Shown: one piece after another, positions 62,316-64,000 of the stretch
How the letters are laid out: every line of letters starts with the position of its first letter
Numbering within the stretch: the stretch's first letter is position 1
Assembly: GCA_002269645.1 (NCBI GenBank)
Contig: NIVC01001853.1
Coordinates: 165,926-229,925, forward strand
DNA: 64,000 nt
Source: Macrostomum lignano
Lineage: Eukaryota
Reading direction: 5' to 3'
The notes under the pieces: model-generated
Seen by the model: the letters and a program-made list of their open reading frames with translations, nothing else
Database searches by the model: none
What the model was told of the DNA's origin: nothing
Position numbers and translations under genes: made by a program

Positions 62316-63144
62316 TCAGGTCCCCTTACAGACATAGTTCTCAACCTGCAAAATTCTTCATAAGTGCCTACTTGCATATTTCATACAATTCCCTAGGAGT
62401 CGTGAGTAATCTCGCTCGCGAAAAAATCTGACAAAAAACAGACAAGACTTCAATAGCGCTGAATGTTGGCAAAGAAGCTACAAAAATCATATCAGAACCA
62501 TCGGAGTTAATCATGCAGAAACAGTGTTTATAATAATCAAAAAAATTGTATTCATTATGATATATGATTTATTTCTACCGTCAAAGATGTATAAAAAGCG
62601 CTTAAATACTACTAACATTAGTATTTTAATGAGCTAATAACGACCAACCTTAATATAATAAACATTCAGTGCAAAGCTATGCATAATAACAAAACTTATT
62701 TATGTGCGTATAAAAATGTAAAATACTCTGATAGCACAAAATACTACTGCAAGTAGTACTGAAGCACTGTGTAAGTAGGTAAGTAGTATGACAACTTTAA
62801 AACCAATTTATTTTTTAAAAAATAGGCAAAAAGCTTATTTGGAATTGTAAAGCTACATGTTAATTGGCGTACTCGAACAATCAAAAGTACACATTGACCT
62901 ATGATAAAAGCATGAATAAAAAAATTCAACAAGCGCAGTAATCACAGCCTATGTTTAATATGAATAATTTATGGTTCGGTTTCACTAGCTAGTTTAAAGC
63001 AAAACTTTAACAACCCTTAGAAGTTAACAGCATTGGAAAACTGAAGTTATTCAAAGTTTAAAATACTTATAGCAAGGATAAAATTGTTTGCCTGGTTAAA
63101 AATGGCTTGAAATTCACTACAGTTGCTTTTAAACGTTTGGAAAG

Positions 63145-63216
63145 AGACAGGCAGACAGACAGACAGACAGACAGACACTAAGACACTAAGACAGACAGAC
63201 AGACAGACAGACACTA

Positions 63217-63257
<41 letters not shown>

Positions 63258-63300
63258 CTAAGACACTAAGACAGACAGACAGACAGACAGACAGACACTA

Positions 63301-63337
<37 letters not shown>

Positions 63338-63486
63338 CTAAGACACTAAGACAGACAGACAGACAGACACTAAGACACTAAGACAGACAGACAGACAGAC
63401 AGACACTAAGACACTAAGACAGACAGACAGACAGACAGACAGACACTAAGACACTAAGACAGACAGACAGACAGACACTAAGACAC

Positions 63487-63536
<50 letters not shown>

Positions 63537-63629
63537 CTAAGACAGACAGACAGATAGACAGGCAGACAGACAGACAGACAGACAGACGGACACAGACAGA
63601 CAGACAGATAGACAGGCAGATAGACAGAC

Positions 63630-63685
<56 letters not shown>

Positions 63686-63825
63686 TACAGACAGACAGAC
63701 AGACAGACAGATAGACAGGCCAGACAGGCAGGCAGACAGACAGACAGACAGATAGACAGACAGACAGACGGACACAGACAGACGGACACAGACAGACAGA
63801 CAGATAGACAGGCAGATAGACAGAC

Positions 63826-63872
<47 letters not shown>

Positions 63873-63935
63873 GACAGACGGACAGACAGACAGACAGACG
63901 GACAGACAGACAGATAGATAGACAGACAATACATA
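63145..63935. repeat. (GACA)n microsatellite with GACACTAA interruptions
   Basis: Direct inspection. Confidence 0.95.
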
Positions 63936-64000
63936 CAGACCGACAAGAGTTTTGAATTGAAGCATAATCAGCGTACTAACCGCTGTCAACTCAGCTTAAC

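Overview
Eukaryotic, intron-containing, repeat-rich invertebrate-type DNA. Roughly a quarter of the window is mini/microsatellite; the style resembles the flatworm Macrostomum, but that is inference only. The first ~24 kb is a tandem segmental duplication with a period of ~11.5-12 kb. Each unit carries an intact 4-exon minus-strand gene encoding an ankyrin-repeat protein fused to a Mab-21/cGAS-like nucleotidyltransferase (cGLR; 1142 and 1164 aa) with an apparently intact catalytic triad. The two copies differ in ankyrin number and surface residues, in a coding VNTR, and by a 27-aa deletion. Downstream of each, on the same strand, lie disrupted exons that by eye resemble the STING cyclic-dinucleotide-binding domain. 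This suggests a linked cGLR-STING-like cassette, but the STING call is low confidence and needs a profile or structure search. The middle of the window holds ROMO1, RSU1, a decayed MULE transposon, and a TIR element with a nested Gypsy retrotransposon (extra ORF, hairpin array) and an LTR-like fragment with five tandem PBS-like motifs. A hAT MITE follows. The right part holds a 6-exon CCDC169-like gene, a Trio/Dbl-type DH-PH RhoGEF gene, a possible small orphan gene and many satellites. All homology calls are by eye against remembered motifs; no searches were run.
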